Origin: Eutreptiella sp. 'Long Island Sound 2002'
Taxonomy: Eukaryota; Protista; Euglenida
Length of the DNA: 64,000 nucleotides
Reading direction: 5' to 3'
Assembly: GCA_964036045.1 (NCBI GenBank)
Contig: OZ038379.1
Coordinates: 14,880,001 to 14,944,000, forward strand
Of this stretch, positions 1-12,300 are shown piece after piece. The notes under the pieces are model-generated. The model did no database searches. It had not been told where the DNA came from and saw only the letters and a program-made list of their open reading frames with translations. A program made the position numbers and the translations under genes. Every line of letters begins with the position of its first letter. Positions within the stretch are counted from its first letter, which is position 1.

Positions 1-802
1 CCCTGCACCTCAATGGCTCTAGTGGAGCCCCATTTAGGGGCGAGGCAGTGGAGCCGGGGGAGCGCCCAATGCACCAGCCCCGCACAGGGGCTGTGGAATC
101 GAACACCAATCGCCAATGCACTGCGAGGCACGAAACCTGCTGCGGCAGGCCCCGAAGGCGGCTGGGGGGGCTAGACCATGACAGGCGCCTCGCTGATGTG
201 ATATGCACAGCCCGACTCATATGGTACGTCAGCGGACGTTAAGGTACGTCAGGGTCCGTCGCAAGTACGTCGCGGGCGCGTCCGGGTACGCACAGTAGGC
301 TGAGCCCTCAGGCTCGCTATCCCAGCGCAGCACCTCCGCACGCAGCACAGCACGGCACCAATGCAGACGGCCCACCCACTCTCAATCAGAAAGTGTGCCA
401 GCCCTATACACCCCTTTAAATCTTCACTTGGTTGAGACGCCAGGCCCATCCACACCACAGCGCGATAGGCGCTGTGATGTAGCAGTGCAAAACGCATTGA
501 GACCACGACGTATGGGATGTAATCATCGACTGCGTGACCGCAACTTCGCCACAGACGTCGCAGTATCGCGCAGCGTGTTCTGGCGTGTGTCGCGCAGTGT
601 GTTCTTGTGTGTGTGTGTGTGGGGGGGGGGGGGGTAGAACAATATTAAAGAGGGAGGCCCGCATGGGTCCAGGGCCCCCAGCGGTCGCCTGAGGCGCCAG
701 CTTGAAAAAGACAAAAAAATACAGCCCTGACGGACTGTGGAGCTGCCTCTGGTGCCTGCTTGGGTCGCGGTAGGGGGCCTCACCTGAGCCAGAACCTCTG
801 GG

Positions 803-803
<1 letters not shown>

Positions 804-840
<37 letters not shown>

Positions 841-866
841 GCGTGTGTGTGTGTGTGTGAGTGTGT
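804..866. repeat. (GT)n microsatellite
   Basis: Direct read. Confidence 0.95.
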
Positions 867-1803
867 GAGAGTAGCGGCAGATCCGGCAGCTCCCCACTGA
901 GTTCTGGACGTGAAGGGGGGGTATTACCGAATGGCACATGGTACGGGGCTGCTTTCTACCGAGACCATTGTCTTATGGATGTGGGTTGGTGTACCAAAAG
1001 GGTCCCCATAACTGACCACCCTACCCCACAACGGCAATCTAGTGACGACATTGAGGCATCCGAACCCTTAACATTGGTGGAAACACTTCAAACAACTGCT
1101 GACTTCGATCCTTTTCCAGATTAGTTTTGTCTGCTTTGGAGCCCCCCCCGCTGCAATTTCCATACCAATGCGCGGCTTCCCTCCTCTCGGCTTTTCAAAC
1201 GCAGCCATTGGCGGGTCTGGGCGGCCAAAACTGGGGTCAAAAATGGCCATTTTCCGCCTGTTTTCAGGACGATCGTCCTGACCGTTCCGGTGTGTCAGGT
1301 AGATACCTCCAATTAGCGCCATTCCTTTTCCACAGTGATTGCACACCAAAATGGCGGCACATCGGTGTTCAAAGAGCCTTTTTTCCTCCACTGGTTCCAC
1401 AGTTTTTCAAAAGTCCTCTGCAAGAAAGCAAGCGTAGGAACAGCGAAAACAGTGGGACAATGAGAAAAGCCCCACATTTTTCGAAATCTGTATCATTGCA
1501 GAGACGTTAAAAAAAAAGAATCTGCAGAGCTTTTTCGAACATGCCCACTAAGAAATTGGGGAGCACATTATGCAAAACGATGTACACAAATTCAGTACAG
1601 CAGGTGCCGTGGGGGTAGGAACTGCGCAGGTTAATGTGGCCTGATGCCAGGGGTCATCGATGGGGTGGTACCCAAACCCGGAGCATAGCACGAACCGGTT
1701 GCAGATGTTGTTGTTGTTGTACTACGCAGGAACAGTGGAAAGATTGTGAGGAGCTACGGAGGCACAACACAACCCTCCATGAGAAACTACACATGCAATC
1801 CGC

Positions 1804-2650
1804 CTAGACCTGGTGGTGCAGCATGCTCTGCAATTGGCAGCGGATCTTGCAGACGCTGCCATCGATCCGCTGCTTCATCGCGGCGAAGTCCAGCACCACG
1901 TCCTTGTGCTGCCGCTCCACCGCGAGTCTCTGCTGCCCCTGTGTCAAGGCAGCCGTGACCTGCAGCTGGACGGAGTTGGGGTACGAGTCCCACAGGCCAC
2001 AGCCGATGTCATGCTGCCACCGCAGGCAGAGGGGGTACTTATCCCTGTACAAGTGGTACACGTGCCGGATCGTGGCCTCGTGCCCGGACCGCGCCGCGCT
2101 CTCCAGCAGCGACACGACCTGCGGAACCCACTCCAGCCCGACGTCCTCTTCACTGAGAACCGTGACTTCCTTGGCCTTGGTCTCGTCGGAGGACTGTGCA
2201 TCGCCGAGGGGATCCGCATCGCCGGGGGGCTGCGCGGTCGCGTCACCGTGCGGGACCGAGTCCGGGGCCGACGCCGCGTCTCCGTTCACATGCAACACGG
2301 CGTCGAAACGGACGTCCTCTGGAGGTTTGCCGGTCCTGAGGCTCGAACCCCCGTTCTTTCTCTTCAACGGAAATGCCTCGGAGAGGTCGGCGGGTCGGAA
2401 CCGCGGGAGACGGTCTCTCTTTAGCCGCAACCACCACGACCTCCGGTCTGGCTCCTCGGCGTCAGTACCCTTTGCTACGCCTATTGACATGGGCACCGGA
2501 AGAGACAAGGGCAAAGGTATGGCTGTGTGTCGGGATGTGGGGTTGGCAAGTACGCAGGGATGGGCTTGGGCAGTGACCGGCCGGGCAGGGCCGATGCGAC
2601 GCTCCGTGGTCAGGACATTGTCCATTCGGGTCTCCAGCGGCTCTCTGTCA
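1804..2650 (-). CDS. Probable 3' coding segment with an ankyrin-like helix pair followed by a WWE domain (about 1840-2025)
   Basis: ORF 1804..2775 contains LLESAARSGHEATIRHVYHL, then LRWQHDIGCGLWDSYPNSVQLQVTAALTQGQQRLAVERQHKDVVLDFAAMKQRIDGSVCKIR, which fits the WWE pattern W..W..Y...DF..M.Q. The 5' boundary is uncertain. Confidence 0.6.
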
Positions 2651-3130
2651 GAGTTCCACTTAAGGCGAGGGGGGGGGGGGGTCGAGACGGGGGGGGTGGA
2701 TGGATGAATGGCGTAGGCTTGCGGGGGTATCTCCCTGGGACACGTGCACTGACGCTCTGGTTGCTTGCGGTCCATGCCAGCAAGCGCTCAGTGTGTTTCG
2801 GTTAATAGCCGACTCAATGGGCTTTAGGCGCCTACGTGGCAGAGCACGTGACGCGGCGCTTGCGTTGGGCAACGTTCGGCAGGCAGCCCCGCCGTAAAAT
2901 CAAGGCTACTTGAAGCATCGGAACGGACTCATATCATCACATCGGGGGAGATTACTGCACTGTTCCGCGACGGCGCTGTTGTGGTGCAGTATTGCTGCAC
3001 TGGTCTGCTGCCGCTCTGCACTGCAGCTGCATCTTGCTGCGGTTCTAGGAGGGTGTTGCGGTGTGCTGGCAGCTGCTGTTCTGTACTGTCACACGAGGCG
3101 GTGCGGTCTTGCAACGCAACTGGGCCATTG

Positions 3131-4200
3131 CTACGGTACACCTCTGCACCGGTCTGCCGCAGCAGAGGTCCGCTGCGCTCGGCTGCTGGCAGGGGCAGGG
3201 GCAGGGGCAAGGGCAGGGGCATTGATATGGGCGTTTATGCGGACATGGCCGTGGCCATGGACAGGGGTCTGTTCAGGATTATCAGCCTCCAAATGGACAT
3301 GGGCACGCCTGTGGCCACGTGTACCTGGATCAGCGCCGTCCTCAGAGACCCGTGGTTCAGCCTCCATGAGGGCCTCCAGGAGGAGTCGGAAGCGCGGGGC
3401 CCCGTATCCCAAGTAGTCAGACAGGCACCAGCCCTCTTCGAGCGACTTCTCTGCGCGGGGCGGCTTGTAGTAGTAGATGTACTGCCCGTGTGCATGCCCG
3501 AAGAACACGGGCTTGGAGTTGTACGTGAGCGGGGGCTGAGGGATGTACAAGTCATTCCAGCCTCTGCCCGGGCCTAAATTCGAAATGCGGATGCTCTTCG
3601 GCGTCGCATCCGTTTCGTGGTACACATCGAAGCAGCCACGATGCCGCTCGCGATGCCGGTCCAGAAGCATCACAAGCAGCGGCAGTTGCCCGGCCGCCGC
3701 CGCGGAATGCCGAGCGCTCGGGGCTCCCGGCAGCGGGTATGCGTCCAGCGTGGGGTGCGCGTCCAGCAACGCGAGCATCGCGGGGCTGATCCCGCGTGTA
3801 ATCGCGGCCGCGAGCAGGTGCGCGAGCTCCAGGTCAGTGGGATCGTGTGCGGCACACCACCCGGCGATGTCCCCCGGCGGGTTCCCGCAAAGGTCCGCGC
3901 ATACAGCGTCCCAGCAGGCGCGGTGGTACGGGCGGTGGCGGGGACCCTCCGCCCAGAGGTCCACAAGGACGGGCTTCCGGCAGGAGATGCAGGTCAGGCA
4001 CGACGTGTGCCCCTTCTTCGTCGGGAAGGAATTCTCGCTCTCGGTCGGGGGCGTGGGCAGGTACGTGCCCATGAACCGCCAAGAGGTCACCTTCAGGAAT
4101 GGGTATGAACATGGGGCATGGACAGGGGCAGGGCATAGGCAGGAGTAGGGCATGGGCAGGGGCGGGGGCAGGGGCTTTGGCTTTGGCTTTTGGTCTCCAC
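3131..4200 (-). CDS. Probable coding segment: CxxC...HxxC Zn-finger-like motif, ankyrin-like repeat and an aromatic beta-rich domain
   Basis: The non-repeat part of ORF 3131..4765 has CISCRK...YHRAC, ARHSAAAAGQLPLLVMLLD and GWNDLYIPQPPLTYNSKPVFFGHAHGQYIYYY...GWCLSDYLG. Splice boundaries are unresolved. Confidence 0.5.
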
Positions 4201-4399
4201 CGGGTCGGCGTGGGCGGCCGTCCCTCCCCTTAGCGTCACTACCCCTGCGATGCTTTCGCGTCAGACCCCCAAGCCTCCCCACTGGGCCACACCAAGGCCC
4301 CGCTACGTGCGTTGACCCTTCCTCCCCCACGCCGCCCCAACCTTTCCGCAGGGCCCTGCGCCGATATGGCCAGCCTGGCCGATCCACGGAGGCCAACTC

Positions 4400-5050
4400 C
4401 GCCCCTGCCCCTGCCCCTGCCCATGCCCCTGCCCATGCCCCTGCCCCTGCCCCTGCCCATGCCCCTGCCCCTGCCCATGCCCCTGCCCCTGCCCATGCCC
4501 CTGCCCATGCCCATGCCCCTGCCCCTGCCCCTGCCCCTGCCCCTGCCCATGCCCCTGCCCATGCCCCTGCCCATGCCCATGCCCCTGCCCATGCCCCTGC
4601 CCATGCCCCTGCCCATGCCCCTGCCCATGCCCTGCCCATGCCCCTGCCCATGCCCCTGCCCATGCCTATGCCCATGCCCATGCCCCTGCCCCTGCCCCTG
4701 CCCATGCCCATGCCCCTGCCCATGCCCCTACCCCTGCCCATGCCCCTGCCCATGCCCATGCCCATGCCCTGCCCATGCCCCTGCCCATGCCCCTGCCCAT
4801 GCCCATGCCCCTGCCCCTACCCCTGCCCATGCCCCTGCCCATGCCCATGCCCATGCCCATGCCCCTACCCCTGCCCATGCCCCTGCCCATGCCCATGCCC
4901 ATGCCCTGCCCATGCCCCTGCCCATGCCCCTGCCCATGCCCATGCCCATGCCCATGCCCCTGCCCCTACCCCTGCCCATGCCCCTGCCCATGCCCATGCC
5001 CATGCCCATGCCCCTGCCCATGCCCATGCCCATGCCCCTGCCCCTGCCCA
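4400..5050. repeat. Hexamer minisatellite (CCCCTG/CCCATG)n, about 650 bp, G-rich on the minus strand
   Basis: Directly visible tandem GCCCCT/GCCCAT units with a few 1-nt deletions. Confidence 0.95.
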
Positions 5051-5087
5051 TGGTAGTGGTATTGGTGGCAGCCTGGGTCCCAGACTC

Positions 5088-5600
5088 CTACGGCCCGGGT
5101 GCATCTGGGGCACTGGGAGGGGTCCCAGGGCGCGCAGAGCGATTCCCTGCCCCGAGGACCTGCCAGGGATGGGTCCCGGGTTGCGGGCTAAACCCTTTAG
5201 TCCCTGGGGCCTCGCACACTACCGGACTGGCCCCTCCTGCAACAAAACGGCAGGTCCCGGTGCAGGGGCATGGGTACAGGCAGGAGAAGCGGAGAGGCCA
5301 GGGCGGGGGGGGGCAGGGGTCGGGATACGTAGGTTGGGCCACCTTCTTTTCGCAGACGGGACACTCATAGGACGTCGAGTCGTGCATGGCACGTATGAAG
5401 TACAGAGTAAAGCAGGCGACGCCAAGGGCCGCAAAGACGAGGCCGAGCATGGCCAACGGGAAGCCTGGATGCTCCGAGTGGGTCATAGCGCCGAGCACGA
5501 TCCACCACAGGGCCCCGACGATGATGAGGTATAGTCCAAAGAGAAGCCCCACCTGAATCCAGATGTTCTCCCACCGTGGGTGGAGGCACCGGAACCTGTT
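5088..5600 (-). CDS. Putative coding segment with two transmembrane helices and a CxxC
   Basis: ORF 5088..5765: IWIQVGLLFGLYLIIVGALWWIVLGAM and FPLAMLGLVFAALGVACFTLYFI, followed by ECPVC. Confidence 0.45.
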   Translation of the reverse strand, partial: NRFRCLHPRWENIWIQVGLLFGLYLIIVGALWWIVLGAMTHSEHPGFPLAMLGLVFAALGVACFTLYFIRAMHDSTSYECPVCEKKVAQPTYPDPCPPPPWPLRFSCLYPCPCTGTCRFVAGGASPVVCEAPGTKGFSPQPGTHPWQVLGAGNRSARPGTPPSAPDAPGP

Positions 5601-5739
5601 TGGGGCAGGGCAAGGGCAGGGGTATGGGCATGGATGAAGGTATAGCATTGGTATAGCGGTGGCATGGGTGCAGGCATCCTGACGAATGACACGAGGACTG
5701 GGCATTGCACTAAGCCTCTGGACCCGTGGACATCGAACG

Positions 5740-6420
5740 ACAGCCGTAAACCAGAAAATCACCACAGATCAGATCATAGAGCATGACAGGTGGGCATTGG
5801 ACACAGGCCATAGACCAGGAAATCCTTTGATATCGGACCACAACGCGCGATTGAAATGAGGCACAGGACGAGAAAGTCATAAGCCTTTGCACCGGGGCGT
5901 GGGGTCAGAAAATCACAAAGCTTTGGAATGAGGCATGAGGCGAAAACATCACAAGGCATTAAACTGAATGATGAGACCAGGAATTCACAAGGCATGGCCT
6001 TGGACGAAGACATGGGACCGGAAAATCATAAGGCTTTGGACTGAGCACAGAATCAGAAAATCGTAAGGCATTGGATTGACATGCGACTGGAAAATCACTA
6101 GAACCTAGACTGAGGCACAGGGACAGAAAGCATCGGGCAGTGTGTTGGGGACCAAAATATCTTATCGCATTGGACTGAAGCCGAGACATAGAAATGCACA
6201 CGGCATCGGGTTCAGGCACAACAGCAGAAAATTGAAAAAGGCGTGGAGACGAGAGGGCGCCGTGAGCCTTCAAGAGGCACTGACCGAGTGCACACGTCAT
6301 AAAACTGGATTTCAAATCTTTAGACCTGAGCCTTGAACCACCAAAAATCGACATTGAGACCAGAAGGCGACAGGAGGCTTCAAGAGGCACTGACCGAGCA
6401 CACACACTTGCAAAAACCGG
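5740..6420. repeat. Degenerate minisatellite-like tract (GAAAATCACAAGGCATTGGA-like units) plus a direct repeat CTTCAAGAGGCACTGACCGAG
   Basis: Recurrent GAAAATCA(C/T)AAGGC motifs about every 35-45 bp; a 21-mer occurs at about 6268 and 6378. Confidence 0.5.
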
Positions 6421-7101
6421 AGCCTGAGAACGTGAGTAAATTCGTGGTATTGCACACTGAAGCCTATCCACCACGTTGCAGTTTGTACTACGCTTCGTGG
6501 GCAAGCTCATTGTACATCGAAGATCCCCCCACCCCACCCCGATACCGGAGCCCATGTGAGACCGGAGCCCAGAGGGAAACATTAGCTTTTCAAGACACCT
6601 TCGAGACGTTCACATGAAACTGGAATCGCATCAACTAGTACGTATGTTGGAGCAGATCACAGAATAATTTGTATGAAGCTTTGGCTGGGAGCACATCGCT
6701 GGACCACGAGATCAACCAGAGTTACGAATTGGAACTATCATTGGAGACCGTAGAACAGGATGAAGATTTTGTGGAGAAATGGACCCGAGCGTGACTTCAC
6801 GGATGAGAGTGAGGGGGTAGCGACCTAAAGTGAAAATCCGCTTCCACCGATTGGGAACCATTGTTGATTGTTGTAAGGTAAGGCCTTGGCTGTTCCTGTC
6901 ACCCTACTTGGCCAGAGTATCAGCATGATTGTAGATCAATTGTGATGCTATGTGCGTCTCAAGGGGCGCCCAGCGCTGACTTTACGCAGTGCAACTATTG
7001 TGCCCTCAGCGCAGCCGGAGCACCTGTTTGATCTATTAGGTGCGCACTCCTGGGGCCTTCACGGCTACAGGAATTCAGCTCATATGCGGCAGATGCATCG
7101 C

Positions 7102-7284
7102 TTAGCAATACCTGCCATGGTGCTTCTCCCAGTACTCATAGGGCAGGGGCTTGTTTCTCATCTTCTTCGCATGCCGCAGCCCAAAACAGCAGCAGCAGAT
7201 ACCGCACAAGACCATGCCCGCCATAATGGCCACGACGACGATGGCAGATGCAGTGTGCACCTTAAATACCTCCACATTAAACTC
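7102..7284 (-). CDS. Last exon: TM helix, CCCC and cytoplasmic tail (absent from the supplied ORF track)
   Basis: ctgtag|GAG; translates [60 protein letters not shown]. Confidence 0.85.
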   Translation of the reverse strand, partial: EFNVEVFKVHTASAIVVVAIMAGMVLCGICCCCFGLRHAKKMRNKPLPYEYWEKHHGRYC

Positions 7285-9285
7285 CTACAGACACATTCAA
7301 ATGTACAGCGCATCCACATACATACCTACATCTACAAGCTATTCGGGCAGATAAGCACTCACATCTGCATACCTCTCTGGGACATCGTTCCCTGCCAACA
7401 CGGAGCGTTTTCACATTTTTTCAGACTTTTCTCAACTTTTGGTCTAATGCACCAAAATGTCGTCACCTTGGGGGGGGTATGTGTATGCTTTTCGAAATCT
7501 GTGAGAAAACGCCGTTTCAGAAATGTATGGGTTGGGGGGGGATAGGTGACTGACTATATTTTTGAGTACCGAGGCCGAACTTTTCGGCGTTTCAGGGTTT
7601 TCGGGCCTCAGGCTGCTCCGCTCACGCGTGCGGGACACCAACTCACCGGGTTTCCCCTGGGTGCTCTGACATGTTGTAGAGTTGGAGCAAAGTGAAAGGA
7701 GGTAAATGGATGCATTTTCACGTGCTGAATCCAAATGTTGTGGTCTCATGTCCCAACTTGACAGCCTGTTTGAGAAATTCTGCCATCCTTGATTTCTTGC
7801 ACTCTGGTGAGCTTGATGCTGCAAGTTGCACCAGGCATCACCCGGGTGTCCAAGGTAGTTATTGGTCAAAGTATTCAACATATTGGGGTCTTGAGGGGAC
7901 CCATGATGCACATGTCTTCTACACATCAAATGCAACAAATCTACCCGAATGACTTGACCCTCATATGCCCATATGTTGGAGTAATGGGGGTAGGGGTGCG
8001 GTGCAGTCCGTCTGAAACCGGACTAGAACAGGCAAAAAAAACCCAACCTGTCAACGGTAACGGCCAATTTTTGAAAAAATATGGTTCCGGACCCCCCCCT
8101 AACCCATACATCTCCAAAAAGCCCTTTTCAACGGCTTTCCGAATATACCCCACATACCCCTACCTTTGGGACACTCAGTGGACACAAATGAGGCAACAAT
8201 GGATCCGACCCCTGAAAACGCTCCGTGTTGGCAGGATCAGTACCGTCCCAGAGAGATATGCATCCGCAGATACACACACATCTACATAATCTCGCATATG
8301 GGTATGCACTTCTGCATTCACGTTCACAGATAGACCCAAACCTGCCTACCTCTCAGGGACACGACAAACATGCCAGCACGGAGCGTTTTCAGGAACGGTG
8401 ACATTGTTGCCTCGTTGTTACCCACTGACCGTCAGAAGACTTCGATCCGAAAGAGGTCACGTTCTGGAAGTACAGAATGGATTAGAGCGACGCGGAAAGG
8501 GCCTGACAAGGCGAAGAAGGCTTGCAGAGCACCCTGAGCACCAGATCTTGTCCACAACTCAGGTCACCGCTTTTCAAGCCGTTGTTTTGGATCGAAAACA
8601 GTACCCCAGTGCTGCACAACATGACCGTTGGAGGTCCTGGATGGCTGTCGAACCGGACAAAACGGTGAAGCATAATGGGGTTCCAGCACTGGAGGACAAT
8701 GGCAGCGACTGTGCACTGCGCATTGTGCTCCACTTGCCTACGGTGTCCCAAGGATTACAAGATGACCTTCTCTCCACCACAGATTGGTTTGGAAAGCACT
8801 CTTCATCCACTTCCCAATGACGCTGTGCAGCAACTTAGAGTGTTGACGGGCCGTGACAATCGCAGTCGCGTCCTATGATGGATTGCTTTCTGCTACCCGT
8901 CTCGCAAAGGCCAAGCCAGATATACCTACCGCCGCTTGTGGCCCCCAGAACCTCCAATGAAAGCCCGCGGCGGGCGCCGCGATCTCGAACCCGCCAAATG
9001 ACGTGAGTGAGTGCCTGAGCGAGTTCGTGGGTGGGTGGGTAGGTGTGTGTGCCAAGGCAATGAATTCAAACCCCTGCACCAACTGTGGTCATGTGGAACA
9101 CTCCACGCTGGGTCGTGGTGACAGGTGGCCCACTGGGGATGCTCATGGTGAGCCGGCCAAGCCTGGCGCAGAGAGTGCAAAAAACCATATGCACTTCAAT
9201 CACTCACTCGCTCGCTCGCTCGCTCCCACCCTCCCTCCCACCGACCCTGACTCCCTCCCTCCCTCCCTCCCTCGCTCACTCCTCA

Positions 9286-9318
<33 letters not shown>

Positions 9319-12300
9319 GCACGCACGCAACCACCCACTCACTCACGCATGCACTCAGTCTTCCACATTTTGTCATTCGCATATACCTCGCTGGCTCTGG
9401 CGTCCACCCGGGTCGCCGATAGTTGCCGGCGGTTGGTCGTGGTCAGAGGCTCGTACACCATCACAATCTGCACAGGCTGGTTCCCCGTTGGCACAACAAA
9501 CTGTCCGCCGGTGTGTGTTGGGTCGTACCGCTGGAGGCAGGCCTCACACAGCGGGCAGTCGGGCCCTTTGGACTGGCAGCCGGAGTCCAACCGGAGCGTC
9601 AAATTGCCGAGGAGCTTCCGGATGCGGATCACAATGGTGCGGCTTGCGAAGGATGAGGAGCCCTGGGGACAGAGCGGGGAGGGGGCTACAGGGCAGAGGG
9701 GAGGAGGAGAGGGGGTGGAGGGCAGGGAGCAGGAGGGGGAGGAGGAGGAGGAAAGGGGCGGTGGCGGGGGCGGGGGGCGAAGGCTGTTGGCATGTGGCTA
9801 CCGAATCCAGGGATCTGGGGCCTGTTGTGGGCGTAGCTATCGCAGGGGCACCATCCCTCTGACGTGGAGAGGCCTGCAGACGGTTGAGAGAAACTGACGG
9901 CGGTTGGAGGGTGACTGACGGCGATTACAACGCGACCGAGGCCGATGGAATGGTACAGGAAGGACACAGCCCCTTCTTGGTTTGGGGCTGTTTCGGACCA
10001 AAGTGCACAGATTGTAGGCCAGCCTTGGCCCTTTTGGGGGCGTTGCTGAGACATATCGTGGGTCCAGAGGGTGAGACAAGGTGAAAGACAGGGAGGAAAG
10101 CAGGCCGGGTCGGTCACGTCTCAACCGTTTGACCGTATTCGGGGGCCAGGGTAGGGGGGGCATCCCTAGTGCAAACCTGTTGCAGCGCTTCCCCCAACAG
10201 GCAGAAACCAGAGCCCTTGAAATTCCAAGAAAAAATAGTGTCGGACCCATTTCTCCAGCCGATGAGTTAGACCCTGAGCCCTTCGTAGAATTAAAAGTAA
10301 AGCCCTTTTCAAGTGCTATCCGAAAAGTATGCACATACCCCCCCCCCCGTGGAACGATATTTTCCCGCCCCGGGCACAAAACAATGAGTCCGGGAGGTAA
10401 ATGAACTCCCTACACACGTTTTCGGAAATGAAATGTGTTTGTAAAGGTGGTACAGGAAGCGCAGTTTTCCAGTGCAGGGGTTATGGCAAGGGATGGGCTT
10501 TGGGTGGGGTGCAAGGGGCCAGCCTTTTTGAGGGTGGTGAACCCAAATGTTTTTTTCGAAGAATATGGGATGGTTTCCAAGAGATATTTGGCCTCATCAT
10601 GACATCACTGCGACCAGGATCCAAACAAGAGTACTAAAGATGGCTAAACTTCGGGTCAAAGACAACAAAGAGGTCATTGTACACCCCAAACAGGAAGTAG
10701 CACAGTTTTTTTTGGTGTATTGTCCTTCATTATGGGGAGAAATGCAGTATTTGGGATGCATATGGGCATGAAATAGATTTGGTATGCACATGGTGGGGGG
10801 GGGTATTTTTAGGGGAAAATGGCTCCTGTGAGGATCCTGTCAGACTCTACTCTACTCTAGCCATCTTTTGCATTGCCATGTGGCCTTTCAAATCCAGAGG
10901 TTGAGTCCCGGATGGAACGATGGCTTCCCGGGGCAGTGGTGCCAAGTGGCCCAGTTTTTGGCCAAAAACATCCTTTTTGGCCCAAGAGCCAATTGCCCTC
11001 CAAACGCTGCTTTTTGAGGCAAACCATGTTGAAAAGCACCACTTCGGCCCCTCCCAAAGCGTCGGACGTATTGATGATTCATTGCTCGAGTGACACTGCA
11101 GCCACTGTCCACATGTGCTGTCTGCCCTCTGCAGTGCCCTTCAGTGCTCAACTCGTAACCAGTAGTCCTGAAAATTCGGGGAAAAAAACATCGCCTATCC
11201 CCCCCCCCATACATCTCCGAAAAGCCCTTTTCATGGCGATTTCAAAAAGGTATAACATACCCCCCAGCACCACCACCAGACACGCAGCCGCGGGAAATAA
11301 GCCAACACTGACAAACACCTGGTTGCTTGGATCAATGACTCACCTACCCACGTTTTTGGACGAAAACATGTACTACAATTGTAAAAACATTCCGTAAGAC
11401 ATGCACAAGGAGGCAATAGGGAATGAATGAACGAATGAATGAATGAATAGGGCTCCAAACCAAACATTTTTAGGCCGAGTTTAGGTACACAAACCCAAAA
11501 CTTTCTTTCGCCCCAGACCCATCCATCACCTCCCATCCCTTAGGTCGAGCACTAAGCACAACCCTGAACTGGGCATACCTGGCCCATGCTGAAGGACTCG
11601 ATGCACTTCGAGCCCCCGGCCGCGAGCTGGGCCGCCAGATTGACACCGCTGGTGGACCCTGCGTTGCACAGCGGCAGCTCAGACGTCTGCGTGGCAGTTG
11701 GGGTGAAAGTGGGCAAGGTTGTGGGGCTGAGAGTGTTTGTCGGGGTGTTGGTCAAAGTAGTGCTGGGGATTAGGGAGCCACTGGAGGTCACCGTGGAGGA
11801 TGCGGTGGCGGTTGGGGTGTACAAGCGGCTGGGCGTTGGGGTGGTGCTTGATGTCAGGGTCGGAGTGACGAGCAGTGTGGGAGTCCGGGTGTAGATCTTG
11901 CTCGAGGTGATTGTGGCGCTCGCAGTTGGGGGAATACTACTGGTGGTTGTAGGACTCAGTGTGAAGAGAAGGCTGGGCGTGCGGGTGGCGCTGGGGGTGC
12001 AGGAGGGTGAACTAGTGGGGCTGCAGGACGGAGTGAACAGATGGCTCGGTGTGGCCGAGGATGTGCAGGATGCCGTGGCCGAGGGGGTGAAAAGGCGGCT
12101 GACGGTGATGGAGAAGGTGGTAGATGGGGTGAATAGGTGGCTGTAAGTGAGCGACGTGGTACTCGTTGTGGTGGAAGTCACGGTGAAGATAGAGCTCGGG
12201 GTTGACGTTCTGCTCCTCGTGTCGGTCGGAGTGGCAGTTGTAGTGCCGGATGCGGTGGTGGTTGCCGTGAAAACGTGGCTGGCAGTGAGTGTACTGCTCA

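Noticed and set aside
4152-5534. Plus-strand PA/PM/PC-repeat ORFs (460 aa, 352 aa)
   Set aside because: Products of the hexamer repeat; the protein-like flanks are on the minus strand.
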